The translations under genes were made by a program, and so were the position numbers. A stretch of DNA of 64,000 nucleotides from an uncultured Thermoleophilia bacterium (GTDB lineage Bacteria > Actinomycetota > Thermoleophilia > UBA2241): the NCBI GenBank assembly GCA_963715985.1, contig CAVQSP010000011.1, positions 128,001 through 192,000 of the forward strand. Direction: 5' to 3'. This document shows positions 40,948 to 51,458 of this stretch, in pieces. Positions within the stretch are counted from its first letter, which is position 1. Each line of letters opens with the position of its first letter. The notes under the pieces are model-generated. The model saw only the letters and a list, made by a program, of their open reading frames with translations. It searched no databases and was not told the origin of the DNA.

Positions 40948-41358
40948 ATGACCACGCTGCATACACCACCGGACTGGGCCTTCGAGTTCCACGGCCATCG
41001 CTGCCCGTTCATGCCCATCGGCTACCGCATGGGCAAGCTGGCCATGGAGCGCCTGGGCGTCGGAGGCGGCAACTTCGTCGTCCCCGCGCTCGTGTGGCTC
41101 GGGCTCGACGCAAAGCGCGCCGCCGGCACCACCGCCTTCGTCGTCGTCTTCGCCTCGTTCACGGGGTTCCTCGGCCAGGCCTCCGTCGCCTCCATCGACG
41201 TGGCACTGCTCGCCTGGACCGCCGCGGCCTCGATCATCGGCGCCCTCATCGGCTCGTGGCTCATGCACCGCAAGCTGCAGGCGGCGCAGGTCAAGACGTC
41301 CATCGGCGTGCTGCTCTTCTTCATCGCCGCCACGATGGCGTGGAAACTGCTGACGTGA
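40948..41358 (+). pseudogene. in-frame chimera: FmdE N-terminus + TauE/SafE exporter C-terminal half
   Basis: [17 protein letters not shown]...LGV | [10 protein letters not shown]...AAGTT. Confidence 0.65.
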
Positions 41359-41418
41359 CCGAGCGAAATGGATCGGCCACAGTGACTGATAGGACAGTGC
41401 GACGAGAGGGAGGCGACT

Positions 41419-41760
41419 GTGCAAGCGCGAGCTGAGATCGATCCCGGCACCTGCGGCTTCACGGCGGTGGTGACCGCCAGTGTGGAGGGAGGGCGGAAGG
41501 CTCACTTCACCATCGAATCGCAGTGCGAGCACGTAGCAGTGCTGGCCGCGGCGCTGGAGGAGCACGAGGCGTTCGACGCCTACGATGAGATGGACTGGCG
41601 CACGGAGAGCCCGCTCCACACCCTGATGAGGGAGAGCCTCAAGGGGTCCTACGCCTGGTGCCCGGTCCCGCTGGGTCTGCTCAAGGCCATGCAGGTCGCT
41701 GCTGGCCTCAGCCTGTCCGATTCGATGTCCCTCACTGTGACCTCCGGAGAGACGACGTGA
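41419..41760 (+). CDS. small Cys-containing conserved protein (DUF6951-like)
   Basis: IDPGTCGF, SQC, CPVP..LLKA..VAAGL. Confidence 0.65.
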   Translation: MQARAEIDPGTCGFTAVVTASVEGGRKAHFTIESQCEHVAVLAAALEEHEAFDAYDEMDWRTESPLHTLMRESLKGSYAWCPVPLGLLKAMQVAAGLSLSDSMSLTVTSGETT

Positions 41761-41824
41761 CCGTCTGCGCGACAGACCGCCGACCGCCGGCCGAGACCAC
41801 CACGACAGCCGAAGGAGACTCACG

Positions 41825-42163
41825 ATGAGCGATGCTCTGCAGCCGAACCCCATGGAGATCATGCGCGGCGCCGCCCCCGAGGGAGCACGCACCTACCTTG
41901 AGCACCGCGCGGCCATCATGGACAACCCGGAGCTCCAGGCCGTCCCCCTCAAGTACAAGCTCCTCGTGGGCATCGGCGTGGCGGCGGCGCTCCAGTCGAG
42001 CACATGCACCGTCCAGTGGAGCAAACAAGCGGTGCAGGCCGGCGCCACGAAGGAGGAGATCGTCGAAGCCATCCTCGTCTCGCGCCTGATGAAGGCGGCG
42101 ACCGTCAATGACACCGTCGCCGACGCGCTGGTGTGGCTGGCCGAAGCGGAGTCGCGTGACTGA
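41825..42163 (+). CDS. carboxymuconolactone decarboxylase (CMD/AhpD) family protein
   Basis: KYKLLVGIGVAAAL...C...AGATKEEIVEA. Confidence 0.85.
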   Translation: MSDALQPNPMEIMRGAAPEGARTYLEHRAAIMDNPELQAVPLKYKLLVGIGVAAALQSSTCTVQWSKQAVQAGATKEEIVEAILVSRLMKAATVNDTVADALVWLAEAESRD

Positions 42164-42301
42164 GGTCCTGTCCATGACGTCGGACTGCGGCAGCTGGTTC
42201 GCAAGCGTAGACTCGGCTGGGCGGGCGAGTCCGCCGAGGCGCAAGCGGATCAAGAACGTCGCCCGCGCGGCTGGACTCTACGACACAGGAGGGCGAACAG
42301 G

Positions 42302-42556
42302 ATGACAGCTGCACATGAAGCGGGCCAGGACTTCGTATGGGGTCCGACCCTGGACGAGTCGGCGTGCCGCGAGGACTGCAGCACCTGCATCGACTTCTGT
42401 CAGAACGGCGTGTACGACTGGGTCGACGGTCGCGTGCGCGTTGTGCAGCGGAGCGCGTGCATGGAGGGCTGCTCCCACTGCGCCACGCTCTGTGAGGCGG
42501 GTGCGCTGACGTTTCCCTCGCTCGAGGAGCTGCGCGCCGCCCGACGGACGAGCTGA
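42302..42556 (+). CDS. 2x[4Fe-4S] ferredoxin
   Basis: CREDCSTCIDFC and CMEGCSHCATLC. Confidence 0.85.
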   Translation: MTAAHEAGQDFVWGPTLDESACREDCSTCIDFCQNGVYDWVDGRVRVVQRSACMEGCSHCATLCEAGALTFPSLEELRAARRTS

Positions 42557-42561
42557 CAGCT

Positions 42562-43711
42562 GTGGAGCATCCCGACGCCGACCGCCTGCGCAAGGTCTAC
42601 GTCGAGCCCACCAACGCCTGCAACCTCGCCTGCACGACGTGCGTGCGCCACGCCTGGGACGAGCCTGAGGGCTTCATGGCGTGGGAGACCTTCGCGGCGA
42701 TCGTCGATGGGCTCGCGGAGGCGCCGGCTGAGAGGCCCGCCGGCACGACGGCGGGCGAGCAGGGCACGGTCGCATTCATGGGCCTCGGGGAACCGCTCCT
42801 GCACCCGCGCATTCTGGACATGGTGCGGCTCGCCAAACAGCATGACCTGCGCGCCGAGGTCACGACCAATGCGCTGCTGCTGGATGAGCGGATGGCAGCG
42901 GGCTTCCTCGCCGCCGGCCTCGACCAGCTCGTCGTCAGCATCGACGGCGCCTCCGCGGAGGCCTTCGGCCGCGTGCGCTCCGGCGCCTCGCTCGAGCGCG
43001 TCGTCGAGAACGTGCGCCGGCTGCACGACGCGCAAGGCCCCAACTACGGGCCGGGCACGCGCATCGGCGTCGAGTTCGTGGCCATGCGCTCGAACGTGGG
43101 CGAGCTGCCGGGGCTCGGCCGGCTCGCGGCGCAGCTCGGCGCCACCTTCATCGTCGTCACCAACGTGCTCGCCTACACGCCCGAGCTGCAGGCTGAGACC
43201 CTGTACGACCACCGCGCCAGCTCTCTGAGTCGGCGCCGAGACCTCGGCGGCGCCGCGCTGGCAGTTGCCGGCTTTCGACTGGGACGAGGAGGTGGGCGCC
43301 GCGCTCGGCGAGGCGCTCACCCGCTCCGGCCCCGTGTCGTTCTTCGGCGCCGACCCGGAGGACACCCGCAGCCGCTGTCCCTTCGTGCAGGCCGGCGCTT
43401 GCGCGGTCGCCTGGCACGGTGGCGTGAGCCCCTGCCCGCCGTTGCTGCACACGTACACCTGCTTCGTGCGCGGCCGCGAGAAGAGGATGACGCGCTGGGA
43501 GGTCGGACGGCTGCCGGACGAGCCGCTGGCGGCGATCTGGGCGAAGCCAGACTACACAGCCTTCCGTGATCGTGTCCGCAGCTTCGACTTCCCTCCCTGC
43601 ACCGACTGCGGCTGCGAACTCGCCGAGGCCAACGAAGAGGACTGCCTCGGCAACCCGCACCCCACGTGCGGCGACTGCCTGTGGGCGCGCGGCATCGTGC
43701 GCTGCGCCTGA
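42562..43711 (+). CDS. radical SAM/SPASM protein, tungsten-oxidoreductase maturase-like; frameshift ~43230
   Basis: CNLACTTC, GLGEP; C-terminal CPF...SPC...CTDC.C...EEDC...CGDCLW...C in ORF 43265..43711. Confidence 0.8.
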
Positions 43712-43833
43712 CGCCGCGACACCTCGCCCCTTGACCGGCCGCCGTGGTGGCATACCGTCTAGGCGACATGGTCCGCGCTTCGCCGCGGCGACGGCCGCCG
43801 GCGCGACTCATTCGGACCGCTGAAGGATGGCGC

Positions 43834-46095
43834 ATGCGTTCCGACCCGCGCAGCCGAGAGACGAATCAGGGTGACGCGCGCAGCCCCGTGGTCCTGCGGG
43901 CGCTGCGCGAGGGCCGCGACGCCCTCGACGAGCGCGAAGCCAAGGCGCTCCTCGCCGCCTACGAGATAGGCACGCCCCTGGGCACGGTGGTCCACTCGGC
44001 CCAGGAGGCCGCGCAGGCCGCAGAAGCGTTGGGGCGGCGCGCCGTGTTCAAGGCGCTGGGCCCGGACATCCAGCACAAGAGCGACGCCGGCCTCGTGGAC
44101 CTCGACGTACACGACGCCGACACGGCGCGGACGGCCTACCACCGCATCGTCGACCGCGGCGCGGGCCGCGCCACGGGCGGCGTCCTGGTGGAAGAGTGGG
44201 TACCGCACGAGCGCGAGTTCCTCGTGGGCATGCGCCGCGACGAGCAGTTCGGCCCCGTGGTCGCCTTCGGCCTCGGCGGCATCTTCACCGAGGCCGTTGC
44301 CGACGTCTCCTTCGCCCTGCCGCCCCTGGACGACGACACCTGCGCCGAGATGGTGGACGGCCTGCGCACGCGGCAGCTGCTCGGCCCCGTGCGCGGGCTG
44401 CCGCGCGTGGACATGGCCCGGCTCACGCAGATCATCCGGGCCATCGCGCGGATGGCGCAGGACAACCCGGAGATCGCCGAGATCGACGTCAACCCCCTGC
44501 TGGTCGCCGGCGGCGACCTGGTCGCCGCCGACGCGCTGGTGATCCTGCGGCCGCCTGGGGCGGCGAGCGAAGACGCGGCCGTCGGCGAGGGCGAGGCGAC
44601 GGACACGCTGCCGCCTCGCCGCCGCGACCTCGAAGCGGTCTTCGAGCCGCGTTCCGTGGCCGTGATCGGCGCCTCGGAGGACGCGACCAAGTGGGGCGGC
44701 TCGGTGCTGCGCAACCTCATCGACGGGGGCTTCGCCGGCACGCTGTACCCGGTGAACGGTCGGGGAGGGAGCGTCCTCGGATTACCGGCCTACGCCGCTC
44801 TCGCCGACCTGCCCGAGACCCCGGACCTCGCCATCGTGGCGCTGGGCGGCGCGCACGCCGCCGAGGTGGTGGCAGAGGCCGGCCGCCTCGGCGTGCGCGC
44901 GGCCATCGTGATCGCCGCCGGGTTCGGCGAGGCCGGCGGCGAGGGCGAGGGGCTCCAGCGTCAGCTCGCCACCGAGGCCGGCCGCAGCGGCGTCACCATG
45001 GTCGGCCCCAACTGCATGGGCGTGCTGTGCACCAGTGCCCGCCTGAGCGCGATCGGCTTCGTGAAGCTGCGGCCTGACCCCGGCCCGCTCAGCGTGATCT
45101 CGCAGTCCGGCAACATCGGCACCCAGCTCCTGATGAGCGCGGAGCGCCGGGGCGTGGGCGTGGAGAAGTTCGTCAGCAGCGGCAACCAGGCGGCCACCGA
45201 CGCCAACGACTTCCTCGAGTACTTCGCCGGCGACCCGGAGACCGGGGTCGTGATCATGTACCTGGAGAGCGCCGGCGACGGGCGGCGGCTCTTCGACCTG
45301 GCGCGGGCGACGACGCCGCGCAAGCCGGTCATCGTGCTGCGCGGCGGGCTCAGCGCCGAAGGCCGGCGCGCCGCGAGCTCGCACACCGGCGCGTTGGCCG
45401 GCTCCGCGGAGGTCTTCGCGGCGGCGGCGCGGCAAGCGCGCGTCATCACCGCCGCCGACCCCGACGAAGCTCTGGACGTGGCCGCGGTGCTCGCCTACCT
45501 GCCGCGGCCGGCCGGCCCCCGCGTGGCCGTGGTCACGCTCGGCGGCGGCTGGGGCGTGCTGACCGCGGACGCCGTCGCCGCCCACGGACTGCAGCTCGCC
45601 GAGCTCCCGCCGGACGTGCTGGCCGCGGTCGGCGAGCACCTGCCTCCGTTCTGGAGCCACGGCAACCCTGTGGACCTGGTGGCGACGGTCGCGCACGGCG
45701 TGCCCGAGCGCGTCATCGAGCTGGTCGCGCGCAGCGAGGCCGTGGACGCCGTCCTCACGCTGGCCCTCATCGGCAGCCCCAGCAGCGGACGCGCCGGGCA
45801 CGGCGTCGCCGGCGAGTCCGCGGCGGACGGCGCGTTCCCGGAGCTCAACGCCAGAGAGAAGGCGCTCCTCGCGCATGTCGCCGCCGTGATGGACGCCACC
45901 GGCAAGCCCGTGATCAGCGTGCCGCTGACCCCGCTGGACCGCTCCGTCTTCCCCGGCCTGGGAGGCTTCGCGCCGGTGCTCCTCCCCACCCCGTCCGCGG
46001 CGGTGCGGGCGCTGGCGGCGGCGACGTGGTACGCGACGCGTGTGGGCGCCGCCACACCCCAGCGCCTCGACGCCGGCGGGCCGCCGCGCCGCTAG
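43834..46095 (+). CDS. ADP-forming acetate/acyl-CoA ligase (ATP-grasp + CoA-binding fusion)
   Basis: HKSDAG, FGPVVAFGLGG, DVNP, VAVIGAS, GPNC, SQSG, SHTGALAG, NPVD. Confidence 0.9.
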   Translation: MRSDPRSRETNQGDARSPVVLRALREGRDALDEREAKALLAAYEIGTPLGTVVHSAQEAAQAAEALGRRAVFKALGPDIQHKSDAGLVDLDVHDADTARTAYHRIVDRGAGRATGGVLVEEWVPHEREFLVGMRRDEQFGPVVAFGLGGIFTEAVADVSFALPPLDDDTCAEMVDGLRTRQLLGPVRGLPRVDMARLTQIIRAIARMAQDNPEIAEIDVNPLLVAGGDLVAADALVILRPPGAASEDAAVGEGEATDTLPPRRRDLEAVFEPRSVAVIGASEDATKWGGSVLRNLIDGGFAGTLYPVNGRGGSVLGLPAYAALADLPETPDLAIVALGGAHAAEVVAEAGRLGVRAAIVIAAGFGEAGGEGEGLQRQLATEAGRSGVTMVGPNCMGVLCTSARLSAIGFVKLRPDPGPLSVISQSGNIGTQLLMSAERRGVGVEKFVSSGNQAATDANDFLEYFAGDPETGVVIMYLESAGDGRRLFDLARATTPRKPVIVLRGGLSAEGRRAASSHTGALAGSAEVFAAAARQARVITAADPDEALDVAAVLAYLPRPAGPRVAVVTLGGGWGVLTADAVAAHGLQLAELPPDVLAAVGEHLPPFWSHGNPVDLVATVAHGVPERVIELVARSEAVDAVLTLALIGSPSSGRAGHGVAGESAADGAFPELNAREKALLAHVAAVMDATGKPVISVPLTPLDRSVFPGLGGFAPVLLPTPSAAVRALAAATWYATRVGAATPQRLDAGGPPRR

Positions 46096-46314
46096 GCGCC
46101 GGCGGCGTCCGGCGCGGGCTCAGCGGCGGCGTCCGTACTCCGCCGGCGCCTCCGCCGACCGTTTGGGCAAGGCGGAACGTCATCGCACCCTCAGCCTCAG
46201 AAGGACCACCTGACGACCTCTGGCTCGAGCCACATGGCAGGCTTCGTATTCGACCCTGCGACAGCGTTGGGGTCGCGGCCGGGATGAAGCCGCGCCGGGT
46301 GTGCACTACCATGG

Positions 46315-47604
46315 GTGAGCTTCGTCCTCCGGCAAAGGACCTGTGTGAGACGCTGGATCTCGAGGAGTGCCGCCACGACGACGACCCTGGCCACAGTGGT
46401 CGTGGCTGCGCTCGTCGGCGTGGCCGGGCTCGCCGCCTGCGGGCACGCCGACATCGTCAAGTCGAGCCGCAGGACGCCCGACCCCATCCACATCGGCGCG
46501 ATCTACTGCCTCACGGGCACGCAGGCCTCACTGGACAGCCCGTCCCTGGACGGGGCCCGCCTGGCCGTGGACCGCATCAACTCGGCGGGCGGCCTGCTGG
46601 GTCGCCGCGTGGAGCTCTTGGAGCGCGACGGCCAGTCCAACGCCGGCATCGTGCGCTACGACGCCCAGACCCTCGCCGCGCAGCACGTCACCGCCATGCT
46701 CGGCCTCAGCGACAGCGACCTGGTGCTGGCCGCGGCTCCCGTGGCGGCTCACAACTTCATCCCGTTCGTCACCAGCGGCGCCACATCACCCCAGCTTCCC
46801 GAGGACGTCCCCAACTGGCTCTTCCTCGCCTGCTTCGGCGACAACGAGCAGGCGGCCGCCGGGGCCGAGTTCGCGGTCACCGAGCTGGGCACCCGCCGCA
46901 TCGCCATCCTGTACGACGACGAGATGGACTACACGCGCCTGCTGGCCAGGTACTTCACCAGGAGCATCGAGGCCTACGGCGGCAAGGTCGTCTTCGTGCG
47001 CGCCTTCCACAGCGGCGAGCGCGACGTCACCGAGCTGATGGCACGTGACGCACAGGAAACGGAGGCAGGCGGCACGGCGGAGGTGGGCAGGATGCCTCTT
47101 CGCGCCCACCTCATCTACCTCGCCGCCGGCCCCGGGGACGCGGGGCCGCTCGTGCGCAAGCTGCGCGCCGCCGGCTATGGTCAGCCGATCATGGGCGGCG
47201 ACAGCTTCGACAACTCGCGTCTCGTGAACGCCGCCGAGGGCTCCGGCGGCGGCGTGTACTTCACCACCCACGCCGCCCTGGGCATGCCACACAGCACGGC
47301 GGCCATGCGGCGCTTCTCCACCCGCTACACCTCAGCCTACGGGCGCGCCCCCGAGAACGCGTTCGCGGCCCTGGGCTACGACACCGTCAATCTCGTGGCC
47401 AAGGCGATCCTGCGGGCCGAGTCGGCCGAACCGCAGAAGGTGCGCGACGCTCTGCTCCAGATGCACGCCTTCAACGGCGTGACGGGCGCGATGAGCTACG
47501 CTCGCGACAGCTTCGTGCCGCGCAAAGAGGTGACGATAGTCGCGGTCGGCAACCAGGCCGAACTGGCGGCGCAACTCACGCCCGTCTACATGCCCAAGCC
47601 GTAG
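46315..47604 (+). CDS. branched-chain amino acid-type ABC substrate-binding lipoprotein (start uncertain)
   Basis: LAAC lipobox, IGAIYCLTG, INSAGGLLGR, GYD, GVTG. Confidence 0.8.
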   Translation: MSFVLRQRTCVRRWISRSAATTTTLATVVVAALVGVAGLAACGHADIVKSSRRTPDPIHIGAIYCLTGTQASLDSPSLDGARLAVDRINSAGGLLGRRVELLERDGQSNAGIVRYDAQTLAAQHVTAMLGLSDSDLVLAAAPVAAHNFIPFVTSGATSPQLPEDVPNWLFLACFGDNEQAAAGAEFAVTELGTRRIAILYDDEMDYTRLLARYFTRSIEAYGGKVVFVRAFHSGERDVTELMARDAQETEAGGTAEVGRMPLRAHLIYLAAGPGDAGPLVRKLRAAGYGQPIMGGDSFDNSRLVNAAEGSGGGVYFTTHAALGMPHSTAAMRRFSTRYTSAYGRAPENAFAALGYDTVNLVAKAILRAESAEPQKVRDALLQMHAFNGVTGAMSYARDSFVPRKEVTIVAVGNQAELAAQLTPVYMPKP

Positions 47605-47703
47605 GCACGGCGCCGGGTCGCGCAGCCAAGCTGGTCCGCGCGCCCGCATGGGCAGCCAGCCGCTCCGCGCATCCGCGCCCGCGCCGCACGACCCCGGCCG
47701 GTC

Positions 47704-48390
47704 TCAGTTCCTGTTGCCGCCGAAGATCGCAAGGAAGTAGATGAGCTGCGCGATGCTGGCGAGCGCGCCGGCCACGTAGGTCATGGCGGCGGCCGTGAGC
47801 GTCTGCCGCACGCCGGCCGCCTCTCCGTCGGTCACCAGCCCGAGCTCCTGCAGCTGCGCCGCCGCGCGCCGCGAGGCATTGAACTCCACCGGCAGCGTGA
47901 CGAGCTGGAAGAGCACCGCGAAGGCGAACACGATCAGCGCCACGGTGATCAGGCCGGCGAACTGGAAGATCAAGCCGGCGATGAGCAGGAAGAACCAGGC
48001 CTGCGAGCCGAAGGCGGCCACAGGCCACAGCGCCGAGCGCACGCTCATGGGCACGTAGGCCTTGGCGTGCTGGATGGCGTGCCCCACCTCGTGCGCGGCC
48101 ACGGCCGACGCGGCCACGGAGCGGCCGGCGAACACGGGCTCGCTGAGGAAGACGGCACGCGTGCGCGGGTCGTAGTGGTCGCTGAGCGGGCCCGCTTTGG
48201 ACGGCTGCACCGGCACGCTGCTCAAGCCGTTACTGTCGAGGATGCGGCGCGCCACGTCGGCGCCGCTGAGGCCGCTGGCCACGGGCAACCGGCTGTTCCG
48301 GCTGAACGTGCTCTTGAGCCACGCCTGCACGGCGAAGCCGACGATCATCGGGACGAGGAAGCAGATCAGGTAGAGGTCGAACGTACTCAT
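47704..48390 (-). CDS. neutral zinc metallopeptidase (YugP-like)
   Basis: LSDHYDP, AHEVGHAIQH, TLPVEFNAS, AAAMTYVA. Confidence 0.9.
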   Translation of the reverse strand: MSTFDLYLICFLVPMIVGFAVQAWLKSTFSRNSRLPVASGLSGADVARRILDSNGLSSVPVQPSKAGPLSDHYDPRTRAVFLSEPVFAGRSVAASAVAAHEVGHAIQHAKAYVPMSVRSALWPVAAFGSQAWFFLLIAGLIFQFAGLITVALIVFAFAVLFQLVTLPVEFNASRRAAAQLQELGLVTDGEAAGVRQTLTAAAMTYVAGALASIAQLIYFLAIFGGNRN

Positions 48391-48542
48391 GCTGCGGACT
48401 CACCTCGCGTCAGTGTCGCGTACGGCGCCAGTGGGGCCGGGTCGGGACGTACTATACCCACGCCGCGAAAAAGGGCGCGGGGCTGCGCGCCCGCTGAGGG
48501 CGGCGTGTTCCGGTCGAGCCGTATTGGGGGGATGATGAGGTC

Positions 48543-49007
48543 GTGGGCGAACTGCACTTCCCCAGACACGAGTACTACATGCGTCTCGCTCTGCGCGAGG
48601 CCGAGCGCGCCGCGGATCACGGTGACGTGCCCGTGGGCGCCGTCATCGTGCTGGACGGCGAGGTCATCGCCGCCGGCGGCAACGAGCGCGAGCTGCGCAA
48701 GAGCCCCCTCGCACACGCCGAGATGATCGCCATCGAGACGGCCGCCAGGTACATGGGCAGCTGGCGTCTGCTCAACACCGTGCTCTACGTCACCATGGAG
48801 CCGTGCCCCATGTGCGCCGGCGCCATCGTGCAGGCGCGCATCCCGCACCTGGTGTACGGCGCCGCCGACGAGAAGGCCGGCGCCGCCGGCACGCTCTACA
48901 ACGTCTGCCAGGACCCGCGCCTCAACCACTGCCTCGAGATCACCAGCGGGGTGCTGGCCGACGAGGCCATCGACCTCCTGCGCGCCTTCTTCGAGGCGAG
49001 ACGCTGA
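48543..49007 (+). CDS. tadA: tRNA adenosine(34) deaminase
   Basis: [18 protein letters not shown]. Confidence 0.92.
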   Translation: MGELHFPRHEYYMRLALREAERAADHGDVPVGAVIVLDGEVIAAGGNERELRKSPLAHAEMIAIETAARYMGSWRLLNTVLYVTMEPCPMCAGAIVQARIPHLVYGAADEKAGAAGTLYNVCQDPRLNHCLEITSGVLADEAIDLLRAFFEARR

Positions 49008-49010
49008 TCC

Positions 49011-49955
49011 GTGTACAACCTGCGCGCGTTCGCGGAACCGGGACAGGTCGAGGAGGTCGTGGCGACCTTGGGAGCGCTGCCGCAGGTCCGCCACGTCGTG
49101 CTCGGGGGTCTCACCGCCGACAGCGGCAAGATGCTCGTGACGGCGGAGGTGGAGGCCGCGTCGGTGGACGAGGCGTTCGCGGCCTTGCGTGTGGCCGGCG
49201 TGCCCGTGGCCGACCTCTCCGTGCACCATGTCGACTACGCGCACCCCGTGGAGCGTGAGGAGATCGACCCGGGCACCCGGGAGCACGACGGCGCCCTCGT
49301 GTGGGCCGAAGTCGCCGACGCGGCCGTGGAGAACGTGGGCCTGCGGCCCGCCTACCTGGCGTACATGACGGTGGCCGGCGTCATCGCCGCCTTCGGCGTG
49401 CTCGAGCGCAGCTCCGTGCTCATCGTCGGCGCCATGGCCGTGAGCCCGGACCTGCTGCCGATGTCGGCCGCGTGCGTGGCCGTCGTGGCGCGACGGATGC
49501 GCCTGCTCGGCGAGTCGCTCGCCACGCTCGTCCCGGGTCTGGCGCTCGTCGTCCTCACGGCCTTCGTGCTGACGAGCGCCCTGCGGCTCTCCGGCCAGAT
49601 CTCGCCGGCCCACGACATCAGCTCCGGCGTCATCGGTGCCCTGGCCACCGTCAACATCGCCACGGTGGGCGTCGCCATCGCCGCCGGGGTGGCCGGCATG
49701 CTGGCCTTCGAGACCAGGGCCAGCTACGCGGTGGGCGTCGCCATCTCCGTGACCACGATCCCGGCGGCGGCCTACATCGGCGTGGCCGCCGGGCTCGAGC
49801 AGTGGGACGGCGCCAAGGGCGCCGTCGAAGTCCTGCTCGTCAACCTCGCGATGCTGTTCCTGGCGGGCATCGTCACCCTCGCGCTCCAAGCCCTGTACGA
49901 ACGACGCCGCGGCCACCGGGCACTGCCCTCACGGCACTCGGGCCGTCGCGGCTGA
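49011..49955 (+). CDS. DUF389 family membrane protein
   Basis: IVGAMAVSP, AGVAG, GVAISVTTIP. Confidence 0.8.
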   Translation: MYNLRAFAEPGQVEEVVATLGALPQVRHVVLGGLTADSGKMLVTAEVEAASVDEAFAALRVAGVPVADLSVHHVDYAHPVEREEIDPGTREHDGALVWAEVADAAVENVGLRPAYLAYMTVAGVIAAFGVLERSSVLIVGAMAVSPDLLPMSAACVAVVARRMRLLGESLATLVPGLALVVLTAFVLTSALRLSGQISPAHDISSGVIGALATVNIATVGVAIAAGVAGMLAFETRASYAVGVAISVTTIPAAAYIGVAAGLEQWDGAKGAVEVLLVNLAMLFLAGIVTLALQALYERRRGHRALPSRHSGRRG

Positions 49956-49976
49956 CCCACCCGACGAGGAGAGCAC

Positions 49977-51320
49977 ATGCACATCGACGACCTGCGCGCC
50001 GAAGTGGCACGCCTCATGCCGCGCCTGCGCGCCGACCTCGACAGGCTGGTACGCCTGCCTTCGGTGGCCTTCCCCGGGTTCCCCGAGGAGCCGGTCCTGA
50101 AGGCCGCGGACGCGGTCGCGGAGCTGTTCCGCGACGCCGGCATGCCAGAGGTCCGGCTCGTGGACATCGGCGGCGCGCCGCCGGCGGTGTTCGCGGCGCG
50201 CCCGGCTGCGCCCGGCGCGCCCACCGCCCTGCTGTACGCGCACTACGACATCCAGCCGGCGGGCCCCGAGGATGCCTGGACGAGCCCGCCCTTCGAGCCC
50301 ACAGAGCGCGGCGACCGCCTCTACGGCCGCGGCGCCGCCGACGACAAGTCCGGCATCGTCATGCACACCGGCGCCCTCACGCTGCTCGGCCCAGGCTCGC
50401 CCGTGGGCATCAAGGTCCTCATCGAAGGTCACGAGGAAGTCGGCGGCAGCGGCATCGAGGACTTCGTCGCTCTCAACACGGACCTGCTGGCCGCAGACGT
50501 CATCGTGATCGCAGACGCCGGCAACTACGCCCTCGGCGTGCCCACGCTCACCACCTCCCTGCGCGGCATGGCCGCGCTTGACGTGCAGGTCGAGACCCTC
50601 GAGGGCGCCCTGCACAGCGGCCTCTTCGGCGGCCCGGCCCCGGACGCGCTCATCGCCCTCTCGCGGATGATCGCCACACTGCACACCGACGCGGGCGACG
50701 TGGCGGTGGAGGGACTCGGGACCGTGCCCTACGACGGCGCCCAGTACGACGAGGCCGCCTACCGCGCCGACGCGGCGATCCTGCCCGGCGTGGACCTCAT
50801 CGGCGGGGGGACGGTGGCCGAGCGCCTCTTCGTGCGCCCGTCGATCAACGTCATCGGGCTGGACGCGCCGGTCGTGGAAGGCGCCGCCAACGCCCTCGTG
50901 CCCAGGGCACGGGCGCGCGTGAGCGTGCGCGTCGCGCCCGGCCTGGACCCGATCAAGGCGCAGGAGGCGGTCACCCGGCACCTCACGTCCGTGGCGCCCT
51001 GGGGCGTCAAGGTGACGATCACGCCGGGCACGATCGGCGAGGGCTTCCTCGCCGGCGCCGGGGGCCCTGCCTACGCGGCGGCGAGTGACGCCCTCTCCGC
51101 CGCCTTCGGCCGCGACGTCGTGCACTTCGGCGGCGGCGGCTCCATCCCCCTCGTGGCCGCCTTCCTCAAGGCCCAGCCCCACGCGGAGCTGATCCTCTGG
51201 GGCGCCGAGGATCCGCAGGCCCGCATCCACGCCCCCAACGAGAGCGTGGACCTCGGCGAGCTGGAGCGTTGCGTGCTCGCCGAGGCCCTGTTCCTGGACG
51301 GGCTGGGCGAGAAGTGGTAG
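49977..51320 (+). CDS. M20 family dipeptidase
   Basis: YAHYDIQP, GRGAADDK, EGHEE, HSG.FGG, GGSIP, HAPNES. Confidence 0.9.
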   Translation: MHIDDLRAEVARLMPRLRADLDRLVRLPSVAFPGFPEEPVLKAADAVAELFRDAGMPEVRLVDIGGAPPAVFAARPAAPGAPTALLYAHYDIQPAGPEDAWTSPPFEPTERGDRLYGRGAADDKSGIVMHTGALTLLGPGSPVGIKVLIEGHEEVGGSGIEDFVALNTDLLAADVIVIADAGNYALGVPTLTTSLRGMAALDVQVETLEGALHSGLFGGPAPDALIALSRMIATLHTDAGDVAVEGLGTVPYDGAQYDEAAYRADAAILPGVDLIGGGTVAERLFVRPSINVIGLDAPVVEGAANALVPRARARVSVRVAPGLDPIKAQEAVTRHLTSVAPWGVKVTITPGTIGEGFLAGAGGPAYAAASDALSAAFGRDVVHFGGGGSIPLVAAFLKAQPHAELILWGAEDPQARIHAPNESVDLGELERCVLAEALFLDGLGEKW

Positions 51321-51458
51321 CGCGCGGCGGGGCTCGAGAGGCGCTCCGCGCGTGCTCCGGGACGTGCAAAGTGGAGGCGGGGCGTCCCGGTTCTCCCCCC
51401 GCGCCCCTCTGACGTATACTGTTCGTCCGCTCTCAGGGCGGGCGTCGCCGGGCATCAC

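Noticed and set aside
35883-42556. Selenoproteins among the small redox proteins
   Set aside because: The redox motifs use Cys codons; I saw no in-frame TGA at catalytic positions
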